Shown here: in pieces, positions 11,765-24,586 of the stretch
Layout of the letters: every line of letters starts with the position of its first letter
Position numbering within the stretch: the first letter of the stretch is position 1
Assembly: GCF_006345805.1 (NCBI RefSeq)
Contig: NC_043000.1
Coordinates: 101,432,001-101,496,000, forward strand
Direction: 5' to 3'
DNA length: 64,000 nucleotides
DNA from: Octopus sinensis
Lineage: Eukaryota
The notes under the pieces: generated by a model
Told to the model about the DNA's origin: nothing
The model's database searches: none
The model's input: only the letters and a program-made list of their open reading frames with translations
Made by a program: the position numbers and the translations under genes

Positions 11765-12994
11765 TGTGCGTGTGTATGTGTGTGTATAAGAAAGCATAGA
11801 AATAGAAGAAAGAAGTCCATATAACCAGAAGTCGAATTTCTACTCGGATGATTTACAATCTGAAGAATTATTTTGGTATATATGATTAAAGGTTGCTAAT
11901 ACATAAAGAGTAGAGATTCTGGAGAAGTGCAAAACAAGGCAAGATAAATGGATAAATAATATGTATGTATATGATATATATATGTTTGTATGTATAATGA
12001 AAGAGAGAGACAGGGAAATCAAAAGAAAATAAAGATGTCTGGAAAATTTTGCATTTCATGAGTTTGCCAATTATAGAAATCTGTGATTGGTTTTTGAAAG
12101 ATTTCATGCAAAAATGGGCCATTTATTTCTTTAGAGAAAGTAGTTGAGAATCTCTTATGTGAAATAGCAAAACTAGAAAGGTTCATCAAAAATTCTTAGT
12201 AGAAACGAGACATTCTTTAAGCATTTGCTTAGATTTTTGTTTCCATAGAATTATATGTGATTGGGCTGATAATTTGGTGTTGCTTCTGTCAGGTATTATC
12301 AGGCATAATAAAAATTCTTTGAAAAAAGAAAATGATAGTTGTATTATTAATGTTTATTTATTGTTTCTATAATAATTATTATTATTATTATTATTGTTAT
12401 TGTTATTGTTATTGTTGTTGTTCTTGTTGTTGTGACAAGCTGATGGAATCATTAACATGCTAGGAAAAATGCTTAGTGGTATTTTGTCTGTCTCTACATT
12501 CTGAGTTCAAATTTCCACCAAGGTTGACTTAGCCTTTCATTCTTTTGGGGGTTGATAAAATAAGTACCATTCAAGTATTGGGGGTGATGTAACCAACTTA
12601 CCCCCTCCCCTGAAATTGTTGATCTTAGGCCAAAATTGTAGATAGACAAATATAACAAAATAATTTGACAAAAAATGTGAATTTTTAATTATTTTCTGAG
12701 ATTTTACAAAAACAACAAAAATATTATTTAAAAAATAGATCTGGTAGAATCATTAGCACACTGGGCAAAATACTTAGTGGCATTTCGTCTGTCTTTATTT
12801 TCTGACTTCTAGTTCCACTAAGGTCAACATTGCCTTTCATCCTTTCAGAGTTGAACACTGGGGTGGATGTAATCGACTTACCCCTCTTCTGAAATTGCTG
12901 GCTCTGTGCCAAAATTTGGAACCAGTTTAGTAGTCTGGAAGAGATTCATAAGTTGTCTTGCCTGGAATATCACATAAGGAATGTCACAAATTAC

Positions 12995-13550
12995 CCAGTT
13001 TGTAGCAGGTATTCTATCAATTACAATGACAAGGGTTTCACTTGATGGAACAACCTGCTCATAAAATTAATGGGCAAGTGGTTGAGCACTCCATAGACAC
13101 GTGTACCTTTCACATACTTCTCAGGAAGATTCAACATGAAACAGAATGTGACAAGGCTGGCCCTTTGAATTACAGGTACAACTCATTTTTGCCAGCTGAG
13201 TTGACCAGAGCAATATGAAATAAAGTGTCTTGCTCAAGGATACAACACACCACTAGGAATTGAACTTTTGACCTTACGATCATAAGCAGAATATCTGTTT
13301 CTTTATTACCCACAAGGGGCTAAACATAGAGGGGACAAACAAGGACAGACAAATGGATTAAGTCAATTACATCGACCCCAATGCATAACTGGTACTTATT
13401 TAATTGACCCCGAAAGGATGAAAGGCAAAGTTGACCTCGGCGGAATTTGAACTCAGAATGTAATGGCTATGCATTTCGCCCGGTGTGCTAACGGTTCTGA
13501 CAGCTCACTGCCATAAGCAGAATATCTTAACCATTAAGCCATACACCTTC
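12995..13550 (-). mobile_element. SINE family E interrupted by a SINE family B copy (13297-13512)
   Basis: 15-bp target-site duplication ATAAGCAGAATATCT at 13282-13296 and 13513-13527. Confidence 0.85.
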
Positions 13551-14239
13551 CCAGTATGTAATAAAATTTGAAACAGATTTTTTAGTCATACAAATAGGAT
13601 AATACTATCAACCACTCTATTGCAAATATATGTCTGTTGCTTATCTTATTGATTCCACTGGGAGATAGTGACATTTAACTAAATAGTATTTAGAATTTCA
13701 TCTGTTGTATTATTAATTGCAAACTACTGATCTGATAGCCATAATAATTAAGACAAAAATAATTACATATTCATTTTGGTTTAAACATAATTATTCACCA
13801 AATTTTGCAAGCATCTTATTAAAAACTTTTAGCTGTGTTTTAAAAATAATGCTAATTTTATTTTTTTCTCTGTGTCCATTGTTCCCAGCTCATTGGGTTT
13901 GATTATGTGGTAAATTCTGATATTTATAAATTAAAAAAAAAAATTAAATGAATAAACAACAGGTGATTTTAAGAGATCTTCAATTCATAGAAAAGGTGTA
14001 ATGCGATTAAATGTTGTTCATGTCTTTCTCAAAAGATATTTGCCATATAAGTACAATGATAAACATTTAATTCACCCACTAGTGTAGTTTCACACATAAC
14101 TACTCTCAAGCTATATTTCCTATCGAAAGTATTTGTCAAAAAGTAATAAACTAAAATGTACTAGAGGAAGTGTGTGTGTGTGTATGTATAAGGAAAATAC
14201 GACAAGGTAGAAAATGCTAAAATAATTTTATCATAAAGA

Positions 14240-14288
14240 ACATTTTAATACCAGTTTCAGTCTTTATGACTTTTTCAACTTAGAATGT
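14240..14288 (-). ncRNA. Minimal hammerhead-like motif with U3-A8 core variant
   Basis: ACATTCTAA-G-TTGAAAA-AGTC(ATAAA)GACT-GAAA-CTGG-TA|TTAAAATGT. Stem II is 4 bp, stem III is a near-palindrome ACTGGT (ACCGGT with one C>T), stem I pairs at 8 of 9 positions. The insert is flanked by (TG)n and (TA)n. Confidence 0.45.
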
Positions 14289-14376
14289 GTATATATATAT
14301 ATATCGTTCCTGCTAAGCCAATTTAGCCTCTTTCATCTTCCTTTGGTGTACCTCTTCTAATTTTTATATATATATA

Positions 14377-14429
<53 letters not shown>

Positions 14430-14433
<4 letters not shown>

Positions 14434-14830
14434 ATGTTCTTTTATTCTTTTACTTGTTTTAGTCATTTGACTGTGGCCATGCTGGAGCACTGCCTTTAGT
14501 CGAACAAATAACTCCAGCACCTATTCTTTGCAAGCCTACCACTTATTCTGTTGGCTTCTTTTGCTGAACCGCTAAGTTATGTGAACATAAACACACCAAT
14601 GTCAGCTGCGAAGTCATGGCAGAAGACAGACACAGACTCACACACTCACACAAATATATACATATATGTATATACAACAGGCTTCTTTCAGTTTCCATCT
14701 ACCAGATCCACTCACAAAGCTTTGGTCAGCCTGAGGCTGTAATAGAAGAGATTTGCCCAAGGTGCCACACAGTGGGACTGAACCTGGAACCATGTGGTTG
14801 GGAAGCAGGCTTCTTACCACAAAGCCATGC
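14430..14830 (-). mobile_element. SINE family A, full length
   Basis: Head, core and tail homologous to 47540-47952. Confidence 0.85.
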
Positions 14831-14967
14831 CTGGATAATAACCCTATAGTTGTCTTTCCAAAGCTCGTCCCAGATATTGACAACTAAATATCTCCTTCTC
14901 TTTCATGCTCTCCCTCTCTCTCTGTCCCTCTCTATGTATGTATGTATGTATGTATGTATCTATCTCG

Positions 14968-15001
<34 letters not shown>

Positions 15002-15516
15002 GTATATACATATATATATATATAAATAGAGAGAGAGAGAGAGAGAAAGAGGGAGATAGATACATACATATACATACACACATATGCATGTATGTATGTA
15101 CATATGTATATATATTGTCACAATATGCATATATGTAAATTTATATTTGGTATAGATTTTTGTTGGTATTCTATTGAACAATTGGATTTATGCGTGAATC
15201 ATGTCTAATCTTTGCTACCAAATGTTAATGATAAAACTGTAACATTTGAAAGAACTTCTTGGTTGGGTGAGAGAACATTAGCAGATTACTTTGTTTAGGA
15301 AGAAACTTAAAGCAATGCACATTCAGTCAACTGTAATTAATATATTATAAAATATATCTTCTCCACTTAGTGTATTGAGTTCACTTTATTCAGAATATTG
15401 CTGTTTCTGATACAATTTGATTTGCAAATATAATGATAAATATACGTGCATACACATTCATTACTAACACACAAACACACAAACACAGACACATGTATAT
15501 GTACATACATACACAA

Positions 15517-15562
<46 letters not shown>

Positions 15563-15764
15563 TACATGCAAATGTGCACACAGATGCACACGCATGCATG
15601 CCTTTATAAAGCTGTGAACTATGCAGTAACAAATGAACTGTGATTTGCAAATTGCCACAGGACGATGAGAGAATCCAAACAAGCACAGAATGCAAAAATA
15701 AATCAATCAAGTGGATGAGAATGTGAATGTGTGTGCATGTGAATATATATATATATGTGTGTGT

Positions 15765-15878
15765 ATGTGTGTGTGTGTGTATATGTAGGTGACTATGTGT
15801 ATGTGTGTGTGTGTGTGTATATGTAGGTGACTATGTGTATGTGTGTGTGTGTGTGTATATGCAGGTGACTATGTGTAT
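15765..15878. repeat. 38-bp minisatellite, 3 copies
   Basis: ATATG(T/C)AGGTGACTATGTGTAT plus (GT)n recurs at 15781, 15819 and 15857. Confidence 0.9.
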
Positions 15879-15916
<38 letters not shown>

Positions 15917-16162
15917 TTGTGTGAATGCATCTGTGTGTATGTGAACACGTGTGTGTGTATGTGTGAAAATATATATGTGTGTTCGATCATGTGTGTTTGT
16001 GCAAGAGAGGAAATAAGTGTGAGATGGACATTACAGTTTGTAAGAGACGAAAGAAATGAATGGCGTGCTGAGATGGTCTGCAGGGATGTCAGCGAATCCT
16101 TACTTAAGTTTTATTTTTTCCCTCCCATATATGGTGTGAGTCTGCTTTCACTGCAAAACGAA

Positions 16163-16216
<54 letters not shown>

Positions 16217-16879
16217 GCCTCTACATAGATTGAGCGTGATGTTTTACAGAGATGCATGTAAATGAATCCTATATTTCATGCTCTGACAGCATTTGTTTCT
16301 GTGAAGGCAAGCATTACTTAGGCTTCTTTACTAACTGACACAAGCCACTCTTGCAGGCTTGCTGGTTGTGTATTAAGGAAAACTGTCAGCTCCCTGTGCC
16401 AGCTAGCTGATAAATCAAATTAATTTATTTGTCAGAAAGTCTCTCACTCTCTTTCACCCTTTCCCTCTCTCTCTTCTCTCTCTCTCTACCTAATTCTCTT
16501 TCTCTCTAACTTACTCTATCTTTGCAATGTTACAAGAAGGAAAGGAGGGAATACATCTTAATGGATCAGCTTGACTATTTAACCATCAAATGTTCACGAA
16601 AATTTTAAACTACTCCTGAATCTGAGATTGAGCATTAGCAACCTCACATATATAGGTGTAAACCACAATTCAAGCAAAGTTCTTGATTTTTAAAAAAAAA
16701 TTCTTTTTTAGAACCAACCAATCAAATTTATGGTGCTACATGATTGCCACCTTCATTGTTATTTAACCCTAGGCCAGCTCAGATTGAGCAGACCTATGAT
16801 CAAAGGTGTTCCAATCACAACTCACCTGTACAGATAATCTAAAACCTCATTATTTAGACAATGTGTCTTTTCTAATATA

Positions 16880-17095
16880 ATCTTTTCTACTATAGGCTCA
16901 AGGACCGAAATTTTGGGAAAGGGGAATAGTTGATTACATCAACCCCAGTATTTCACTGCTACTTAATTTATTGACCCCGAAAGGATGAAAGGCAAAGTCA
17001 ACCTCAGCAGAATTTGAACTCAGACCATAGCAACAGGCGAAATACTGCTAAGCATTTCATCCAGTGTGCTGACGATTCTGCCAGCTCACTGGCTT
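16880..17095 (-). mobile_element. SINE family B
   Basis: ATTGACCCCGAAAGGATGAAAGGCAAAGTCAACCTC...GAATTTGAACTCAG...GCCAGCTCAC. Confidence 0.8.
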
Positions 17096-17868
17096 ACTCT
17101 TTCTGATATAATAAAATGTGATCGAAGTAGATTTCAATGCTATGTTTAGCAAATTTAGTAACCACTTAGAAACCTTCCTTGTTGCTTCAGCTGCTCTTGT
17201 TTAGGTCCAGGGTCAGTCCTTTTCAGGCAGATATGGGATCAAAGATATTCCAGCTACTTAAGTTGCTTTTTATTTTCTTACCTAAGTATACCTAATCCAA
17301 GATCACATTAGACAATGTACCATTTTCTTAACATGAGAGGAAGGGTTGCAGGGAGATTTTCCAGGCGTCTCTGACTGGTTGAGTGACAGTGTAAAGACTG
17401 TCTCATAGATTTGTGTGCTGATATTTGTGAAAAAGAAGCATATTAAAGATGTATATTGTAATCTCAGTCCTAGAAATACACATCTTCCCTACTGCTCCAC
17501 AAAAAGAACTTTAACAAACCCCACACGCCAATTTGTATATAAACATACATACACACATACATACATACATACATACAAACTAATACTCTAGTACACTTAT
17601 ACCCCAGTGGATTACTCCTCATTTGGACAATCACTATTTCCAAGGTTCTGCTATCCATGAAAAATATGAAGCCTGGATTTTATGTACACCATTCCCTAAT
17701 TTTGGATTTTGAATTATAAATACACACACACACACACACACACACACGCATGTGTATATATATTATATATATACACACACACATGCATGTATATATATAT
17801 ATATGTGTGTGTATATATATGTGTGAATGCATATGTGTTTGTATATAAATATATATACTTCATTAAAA

Positions 17869-17977
17869 AGCAGCAAAAATATCACAAAAACTGTTACTCA
17901 GAGTTTCATGTTACTGTTCATCGGACAAATGGGTACATGAAACTGTGAGTAACAGTTTTTGTGGTATTTTTTCTGCT
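17869..17977. repeat. 43-bp-arm palindrome carrying a decayed hammerhead-like fold (minus strand 17886-17927)
   Basis: Arms at 17869-17911 and 17935-17977. Minus strand: TGT-CCGATGA-ACAGTAACAT-GAAA-CTC(T)GAG-TA|ACAGTTTTT. Confidence 0.6.
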
Positions 17978-18154
17978 TTACAATACTGCTGGTATTCAAG
18001 TACTATTTTCTCCACGTTGTTTCGCATTTATGTGCTTACTCTTGTATCATCATCATCATCATCGTTTAGCGTCCGTTTTCCATGCTAGCATGGGTTGGAC
18101 GGGTCAACTGGGTCTGTGAAGCTGGAAGGCTTCGTCAGGCCCAGTCAGATCTTG

Positions 18155-18192
<38 letters not shown>

Positions 18193-19225
18193 CATACATA
18201 CATACATACACACACACAGCAAGTTTCCACACAGTTTTTGTCTACCAAATTTATTCATAGGGCATTGGTTGGCCCAGATCTATGGTAGAAAACACTTGCT
18301 GAAGATCCTGCAGAGTGGAACTGAACCATGAACCACATGGTTGCAAAAGCAAGCTTCTTATCCACACAGCTATGCTTGCACCTATGTATGTATGTAATGT
18401 GTGTGTGTGTGTTGGTATGTATGTATTTAGGATATTCTGTGACATTTTGGAAATAGAGTTTTAATCAGATTAATCTTTTCCAGCAATGATAAAAACTAAT
18501 CTTTTTATTGCTTAAATAAATATTAGTCTAATTGTGAAGTGTCACAAAATATCATTTATAAAAAAAGAAAAACATTTTCGCAGCAAAATTTACTTTGAGG
18601 CCATACATTACCTAAACAGCAGCCTTCTACCCTCAGACCTTTCACTTTTCATCGTGCTATAAGTTTGTTCATAGAGGACTGACTGGAGTGGTGACCTATT
18701 ACAAAACACATCAACCGCAGTAAAAACATTATAATGTCTATAGCTTGACCAGTTTTTGTCATAAAATAACACTAGTATCTAAAATAATTGTGACAGAAGC
18801 AGTATTAGTGCCAAGCGGCAATCTTTATATCCAACTTAATGTGGATGCTTTTTAGGACAACAATACTGCATTATGGGAGGTTCTCTCTGGATAAATAACG
18901 CAGTATTTTGTGTTCTAGCAAAGCATCCACATTAAGTTGAACATTGTTTTCTGTTTGGTTTTCTTTATAAAGAAAACCTATTTTCAAATGATGCTCTAAT
19001 GCCCAATGTTATTTGTCCTCTACTGTTAATATTTTACTCTTTCTCTGACACTCAACTCTTATTTGTCTTTTATCTTGACTGTTACTCTGATGTTTCTACT
19101 TGTATGCTGATACTCAGCACTATGTGTCCTTTATTCTTATCATCTTTACTGATGATATTCTAATACTCCACATTCCACATTGCTCTCTATCTATCTTTAC
19201 TTTTACTGTGATACTCAATAATATT

Positions 19226-19272
<47 letters not shown>

Positions 19273-19574
19273 TAGAAATAAGTGTTAAAACTTTTGTAGC
19301 TTCATGACTGCATGAAAAGCACATTTATATATACTGACAGAGTAGATAACTGCCTCATGAGCAAAGCTAGAACCATACAACTATAGGAATTTTTACTCTT
19401 ATTTCTAGCTATAACCGTACTTTTAGCACCCACATTCACAATTAGTGACAACTAATTTTTTTCTATATGGTTTTGTATTGTGGCTAGCTGCTTATATTAA
19501 TTTCTATCTATTTGTCTGTCTGTCTCTGTCTCTGTCTGTCTGTCTCTCTCTCTCTCTGTATATCTGTATATATA

Positions 19575-19985
19575 TAAAGTGACTGGGTTCCTTTCGAACA
19601 TTGGGCCTCATGGAGGCAAAGTGGCTGAATTCCTTTTGAGTGATGGGCCCCACAGAGGCAATGACCAAGACCTTTGGCATTATATTGTGCTTGAGAAGAA
19701 TACCCATCATGCTGAACAAAATCACAGTTGTGGCAGATACCAGTGTCACACATACTGGCACAAGTGCCAGTGGAATGTAAACACACCCTGGTGGCATGTA
19801 AAAGCAGCCATTACATCCTTGGAGTGGTTAGCATTAGGAAGGGTATCCAGCCATAGAAAACCATACCAAATCAGACTGGAGTCTGGTGCAGCCTTCCAGC
19901 ATGCCAGCCCATTCAAACCAGCCAACCCATGCCAGCATGGACAACAGATATTAAATGATGGTGATGATGATGATGATGATGATGA
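19575..19985 (+). mobile_element. RTE LINE 3' end (ORF2 stop region and 3' UTR)
   Basis: GACCAAGACCTTTGGCATTATATTGTGCTTGAGAAG (D.DLWHYIVLEK), TGGCATGTAAAAGCA, AGGAAGGGTATCCAGCC, CCAACCCATGCCAGCATGG, (GAT)n tail. Confidence 0.8.
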
Positions 19986-20105
19986 TAATATATGGGTCAA
20001 AGCAGTTTGATTCAAACTGTTTTGATCCATACATGTAATTCCCAATAAATGTGTTGAGTGCCCTTCTTTTGTTTGTCTACACACACACACAGAGCTACCT
20101 TATAC

Positions 20106-20215
20106 CTTTGCCATTGCTCTGATTCTTAGCGCTATTCTTCTTCTATCTTTACTGCCACTCCGGCTGGTATCCAACATATTTGAATTTATAAATGAAACTT
20201 TCTGAGACATAGAGA
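20106..20215 (-). CDS. Candidate exon (xSMSQKVSFINSNMLDTSRSGSKDRRRIALRIRAMAK)
   Basis: Acceptor ttttattggCAG and donor AAG|GTATAAG; 110 nt open in exactly one frame (phase 1 to 0); CpGs retained; non-repetitive. Product not recognised. Confidence 0.45.
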
Positions 20216-22216
20216 CTGCCAATAAAACTTTTAAGAGTAAATTAATTTTATTATTGTCAATTATATTACTTTAATACAAAGAGTTTTTTTCCTTTATTTG
20301 TTTAATAATAGTTTTGGTGGTACTGGTGGTAGTGGAGGTAGTGGTGGCGGTGTTGTTGTTGTTGGTGGTGGTGGTAACAGCACTAGTGGTTTGTGAATTG
20401 ATCAATGACCAAAATGGTTCAAGAACCAAGTGTTTATGTGAAGTCAGGCCATTATTGTTTTTGTTCTTGCAAAGAGTTGAATTTATAATCTTATTGACAA
20501 GCCTCTTTACTTTATCTCAAAAGACAATAGACATGTTGTTACAAAATTAGCTATTAGAAGGAGCATCTTTATTGATCCTCTTCATTTAAGACAATATTAA
20601 TATACAATTATATTATAACATCATCATCATCAAGATAAAAAAAATACAACAGCTGCTTAATAATCTCTAAGCATTTAAAGCAAACTTGAGCTAAAGTTAT
20701 TTGCTTTTATATACATTTTACTTATAAATGATTTATATTCAGTTATTGTTTGTCAAATTTATATATATTTACTGTTATTTAATCTGGATTCAGCACTGAT
20801 TGAATAGTGGGATAATCAGGGACATTCCAACCATGCCCATCCTGGTTTTCTCTAGCATCTACAACTGCAATATCCAGTGTGTTTTTTAAAGATAGCAGAG
20901 AATAATTTTAAAAAAGATTTGATTACTACTTCTGGACGAAACAGACGACCTCATCATGACTCCCTCATTGATTCAGGTTCTCTCTATTTGATAAAGTAGA
21001 GTTTTGAATAGACTAGTTTCTTTACTTATTCAAGTTGATAATCAGATGTCTTATATTTTCGCTGCTGTCGAGATGTATCGTTAACTTAATGAACAAATAG
21101 ATTGTTTCTTTATTCTCTTTATTCTTCCTACTTGCGAATAATACAACAGGCTTTCTTATTTCTCTCCCTTTAGAGCTTAAATTAATTTTATTGACACTGG
21201 CAGATGTTTGACAAGTCTCAGTTATCATTGAGGAACTCTAGTAAAGCACTATCAAGACTAATTAGCTCTCAGATTAGTGATTTCTTACAGAACCCATAAG
21301 CTACAAGCATCTGTTTCTTGCCATAATAGAACAAATATCTATGAAAGCAATGACAATCAAGATGAGAAAGAAGACACATAAGATAGGAGTCCCACAAGGT
21401 TGAATCCTATCACCTGCTTTCTTCAATCTATGTATGTTAGACACATCTACACCAACCACCACCACCACCACCACCACCACCACAACAACAACAATAACAA
21501 ATTTCATGATATATGCAGGTGCGATCACACACTCTATAAAGAAAACCCCTTCAGTCATGAAAAACCATGGGTTTGCACTTAGAAAGTTCCCCTCCAAGGC
21601 ACAAGCCTGGGCAAGGTTGTTTATGGAAGACCAGCAATCACCCATGCATACCACTCTCCCCTCTCCGTGCCACCAATGTTATCCAAGGGAAAGGCAAAGA
21701 CCGATACAGCTTGGCACCAGTGACATTGCAACTCATTTCTACAGCTGAATGAACTGGAGAAACAGGACAATAAAGTGTCTTGCTCAAGAACGCAACACAT
21801 TGTCCAGGTCAGGAATCAAACTCACTACCTGACACTCTAACCACTGAGTCATAACCCATATGAATTCTGAGAGTACTATAATTTCAGTCATACCTATGGT
21901 GTTGTATGTATTCAACACAGCCCCTACCCCACAAAAAAACCCCTTTTTACAATAGATCCAGCTGTACACAATCTAACACCCAATATACACATTATATACT
22001 GTACCCCTCCCTGCCAAAAAGCAAAAAACTCCAAAATACCAGGCCTTACTTTCAACACCAACCTAACATAGACCAAACATGGCAACACTGAAACAAAACC
22101 ATACATACTGCTTAATACAGTTAACCACCATGAAGCCAGCTTGCATAACTGTTTTTGGCTCTGATACAATATTCTTGCATTGAAGTGCTCACATAGAAAT
22201 TAAACTTTCGCTTTAA

Positions 22217-22605
22217 TCTTTATATATAAAAGAGAAGTTGTGTGTCTATCTGCTACGATTTAGATTCCTAACTACTCCCACATTTTGCGGTGCAGTTTAA
22301 CCAAAAGCGGGTATCTTATAGTCGTGATTCATATCGAGCCCTTCTGGGTATTAGCGCGTGTCTACGATGAGTCTACGATTTAAAAAAAAAATTTACCATC
22401 ATTTTTTTCCATTTTAATGCATTTTTTCGCTATTATATAAGGGAAGTAACTCTCTAAAAATGTCTACGATGTGTCAACAATTAAAAAAAAAATTTACCAT
22501 AATTTTTTTTCCATTTTTAATGCATTTTTTTGGCTATAACTCTCTAAAACTACTTATATAGTTATTTCCCTTACAAACCCGAGCAACGCCGGGCGATACT
22601 GCTAG
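22217..22605 (+). mobile_element. Non-autonomous Helitron
   Basis: A|TC 5' end, 3' hairpin CCCGAGCAACGCCGGG (22578-22593), CTAG|T 3' end, no TSD. Internal tandem duplication of about 95 bp. Sister copy at 60766-61285. Confidence 0.85.
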
Positions 22606-23027
22606 TTCTAGATAAGAGCCTCTTTTGCTAAGACAATATGGCTTTTGTTAAGAAGCACTCTTGGCAACCCATAGTTTCAGGTTCAGTCCCAATGTGTGAC
22701 GCCTTGGAAAACTGTCTTCTACTATAGCCCCATACCTCCCAATGCCTTGTGATTTAATTTGGTAGAAAGAAACTGTGTGAAGCCTATTGTGTGTGTGTGT
22801 GTGCACGTGTTCATCAACCCACCACTTGACAACTGATGTTGGTTTATTTACATTCCCAATTCAGCAAAAGAGACTGAAATGTAGAAAAATAAGTACCTGT
22901 GTCAATTTGTTTGACTATATCCTTCAAGGTAATGCCCCTGTGTGGCTGTAGTCCAATGACTGAGACAAGTAAAAAATAAAAGAAGATACAATAATTATTA
23001 TGACAAAGAAAAACATTGGTATCTTAA

Positions 23028-23245
23028 CCCTTTCGCATTCAGATCATTCTGTCGAATGTAAAGCTTATTTTTACACATTGGTTTGAATTAATCATGTAAC
23101 TCTCAGCTTTGAGAATTCAATAATTTGATTGATGCACTTCTAGAATGACATTGTAGAGTAGGTGTGAGAGATCAAATCTGGTTGGTTTAAGCATAAAACA
23201 GATAGAATATTCGGGCTGCATACAGCTGGTTTAAATGCTAAAGGG
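23028..23245. mobile_element. piggyBac-type (TTAA) MITE
   Basis: TTAA|CCCTTTCGCATT ... AATGCTAAAGGG|TTAA; homologous to 44058-44290 and 51516-51725. Confidence 0.8.
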
Positions 23246-23324
23246 TTAATAATCCCCAACCACTGAAAGCAAACTTGAACTAGAATTACTAGTTTTTATA
23301 TACATTTTACAAATAGAAACACTA

Positions 23325-23523
23325 CTCTTTTACTTGTTTTCAGTCATTTGACTGCGGCCATGCTGGAGCACCGCCTTTAATCGAGCAACTCAACCCCGGG
23401 ACTTATTCTTTTGTAAGCCCAGTACTTATTCTATCGGTCTTGTTTGCCGAACTGCTAAGTAACGGGGACATAAACACTCCAGCATCAGTTGTCAAACAAT
23501 GCTAGGGGGACAAACACACACAC

Positions 23524-23572
<49 letters not shown>

Positions 23573-23735
23573 CATATATACGACGGGCTTCTTTCAGTTT
23601 CCGTCTACCAAATCCACTCACAAGGCTTTGGTCGGCCCGAGGCTGTAGTAGAAGACAGTTGCCCAAGGTGCCATGCAGTGGGATTGAACCCGGAACCATG
23701 TGGTTGGTAAACAAGCTACTTACCACACAGCCACA
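23325..23735 (-). mobile_element. SINE family A, young full-length copy
   Basis: CpG-rich and close to the family consensus as judged from the other copies. Confidence 0.9.
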
Positions 23736-24436
23736 GTTGTAGTTTGTTTTCTTTTTACTAAACCCTTCCAAATTTTTAATTCTTAAGTTTTTCCCAAAAT
23801 CAGTTAAAATGCACTGGTACTTTTGCATAAAAAAATATGGTCAAACAAGTGTTAAAAGAACTCATGACTTCCAGACGAAACTAACAAAAAGAAATACTTG
23901 TCACTATATAGGGGAAAATATAATGGTCTTCATTCTACAGATCCAAGAATACATGTTTCCTGTCTGGCCCTCAGTTGCTTCACACACAAACATGAAAAAA
24001 CTACAAACCACATGAAATATAAAAAAAAAACAACAAAAAACAAAAGACAAAAGACACAAAAATAGCTTTAAATTGCTCCAGGCTTTTTCTTGAGATGCTT
24101 CAGTAATGTGATGCGTGATTATGGAGTAACAATCAATTTCAGCAAATAAGATGGTAATTATAAAACCATTATCACACTTACTAGTTCCTGTTAATTAGCA
24201 GTGGTGGTGGGAGGAGCAGAGAAAAAGAAACGGCATTTACCATAATGTTGATCAGTCAAGTGCTGGTATCACAAACCAGACAAAAAAAAAAAAGAGACAA
24301 AACGATGTGAAGCACTGTAAACTATGTCCTAAGTTCTCGCCATTGTATGTAACTGTCTGTAGAGCTTAGGCCACAATAACACATACACACACACATGTGT
24401 GTATGTGTGTGTATATATATGCTCACACATATATGC

Positions 24437-24467
<31 letters not shown>

Positions 24468-24470
24468 TAT

Positions 24471-24586
24471 ATTATAATAAATTAGAGACAAAACCACTAT
24501 TATGCAAATCAAACAAAGAAAGACTGGCTTAAGTCTTTCTTTGTTTGATTTGCATAAAAGTGGTTTTGTCTCTAATTTATTATAAT
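24471..24586. repeat. Near-perfect palindrome (55-bp arms, 6-nt loop) at the edge of a (TA)n tract
   Basis: ATTATAATAAATTAGAGACAAAACC...GAAAGACT-GGCTTA-AGTCTTTC...GGTTTTGTCTCTAATTTATTATAAT, one mismatch. Confidence 0.9.

Noticed and set aside
12020-12150. Protein-like stretch DVWKILHFMSLPIIEICDWFLKDFMQKWAIYFFRES
   Set aside because: It has no splice signals or recognisable motif. It may be a decayed retroelement but cannot be assigned.
16104-16150. 47-nt minus-strand segment with strong splice signals (ttcgttttgCAG ... TAA|GTAAGG)
   Set aside because: There are stops in all three frames. It might be a poison or non-coding exon, but this cannot be supported without RNA data.
19579-20010. 143-aa ORF, the longest on the plus strand
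   Set aside because: It lies entirely within an RTE 3' end/UTR plus (GAT)n tail and is an off-frame reading.
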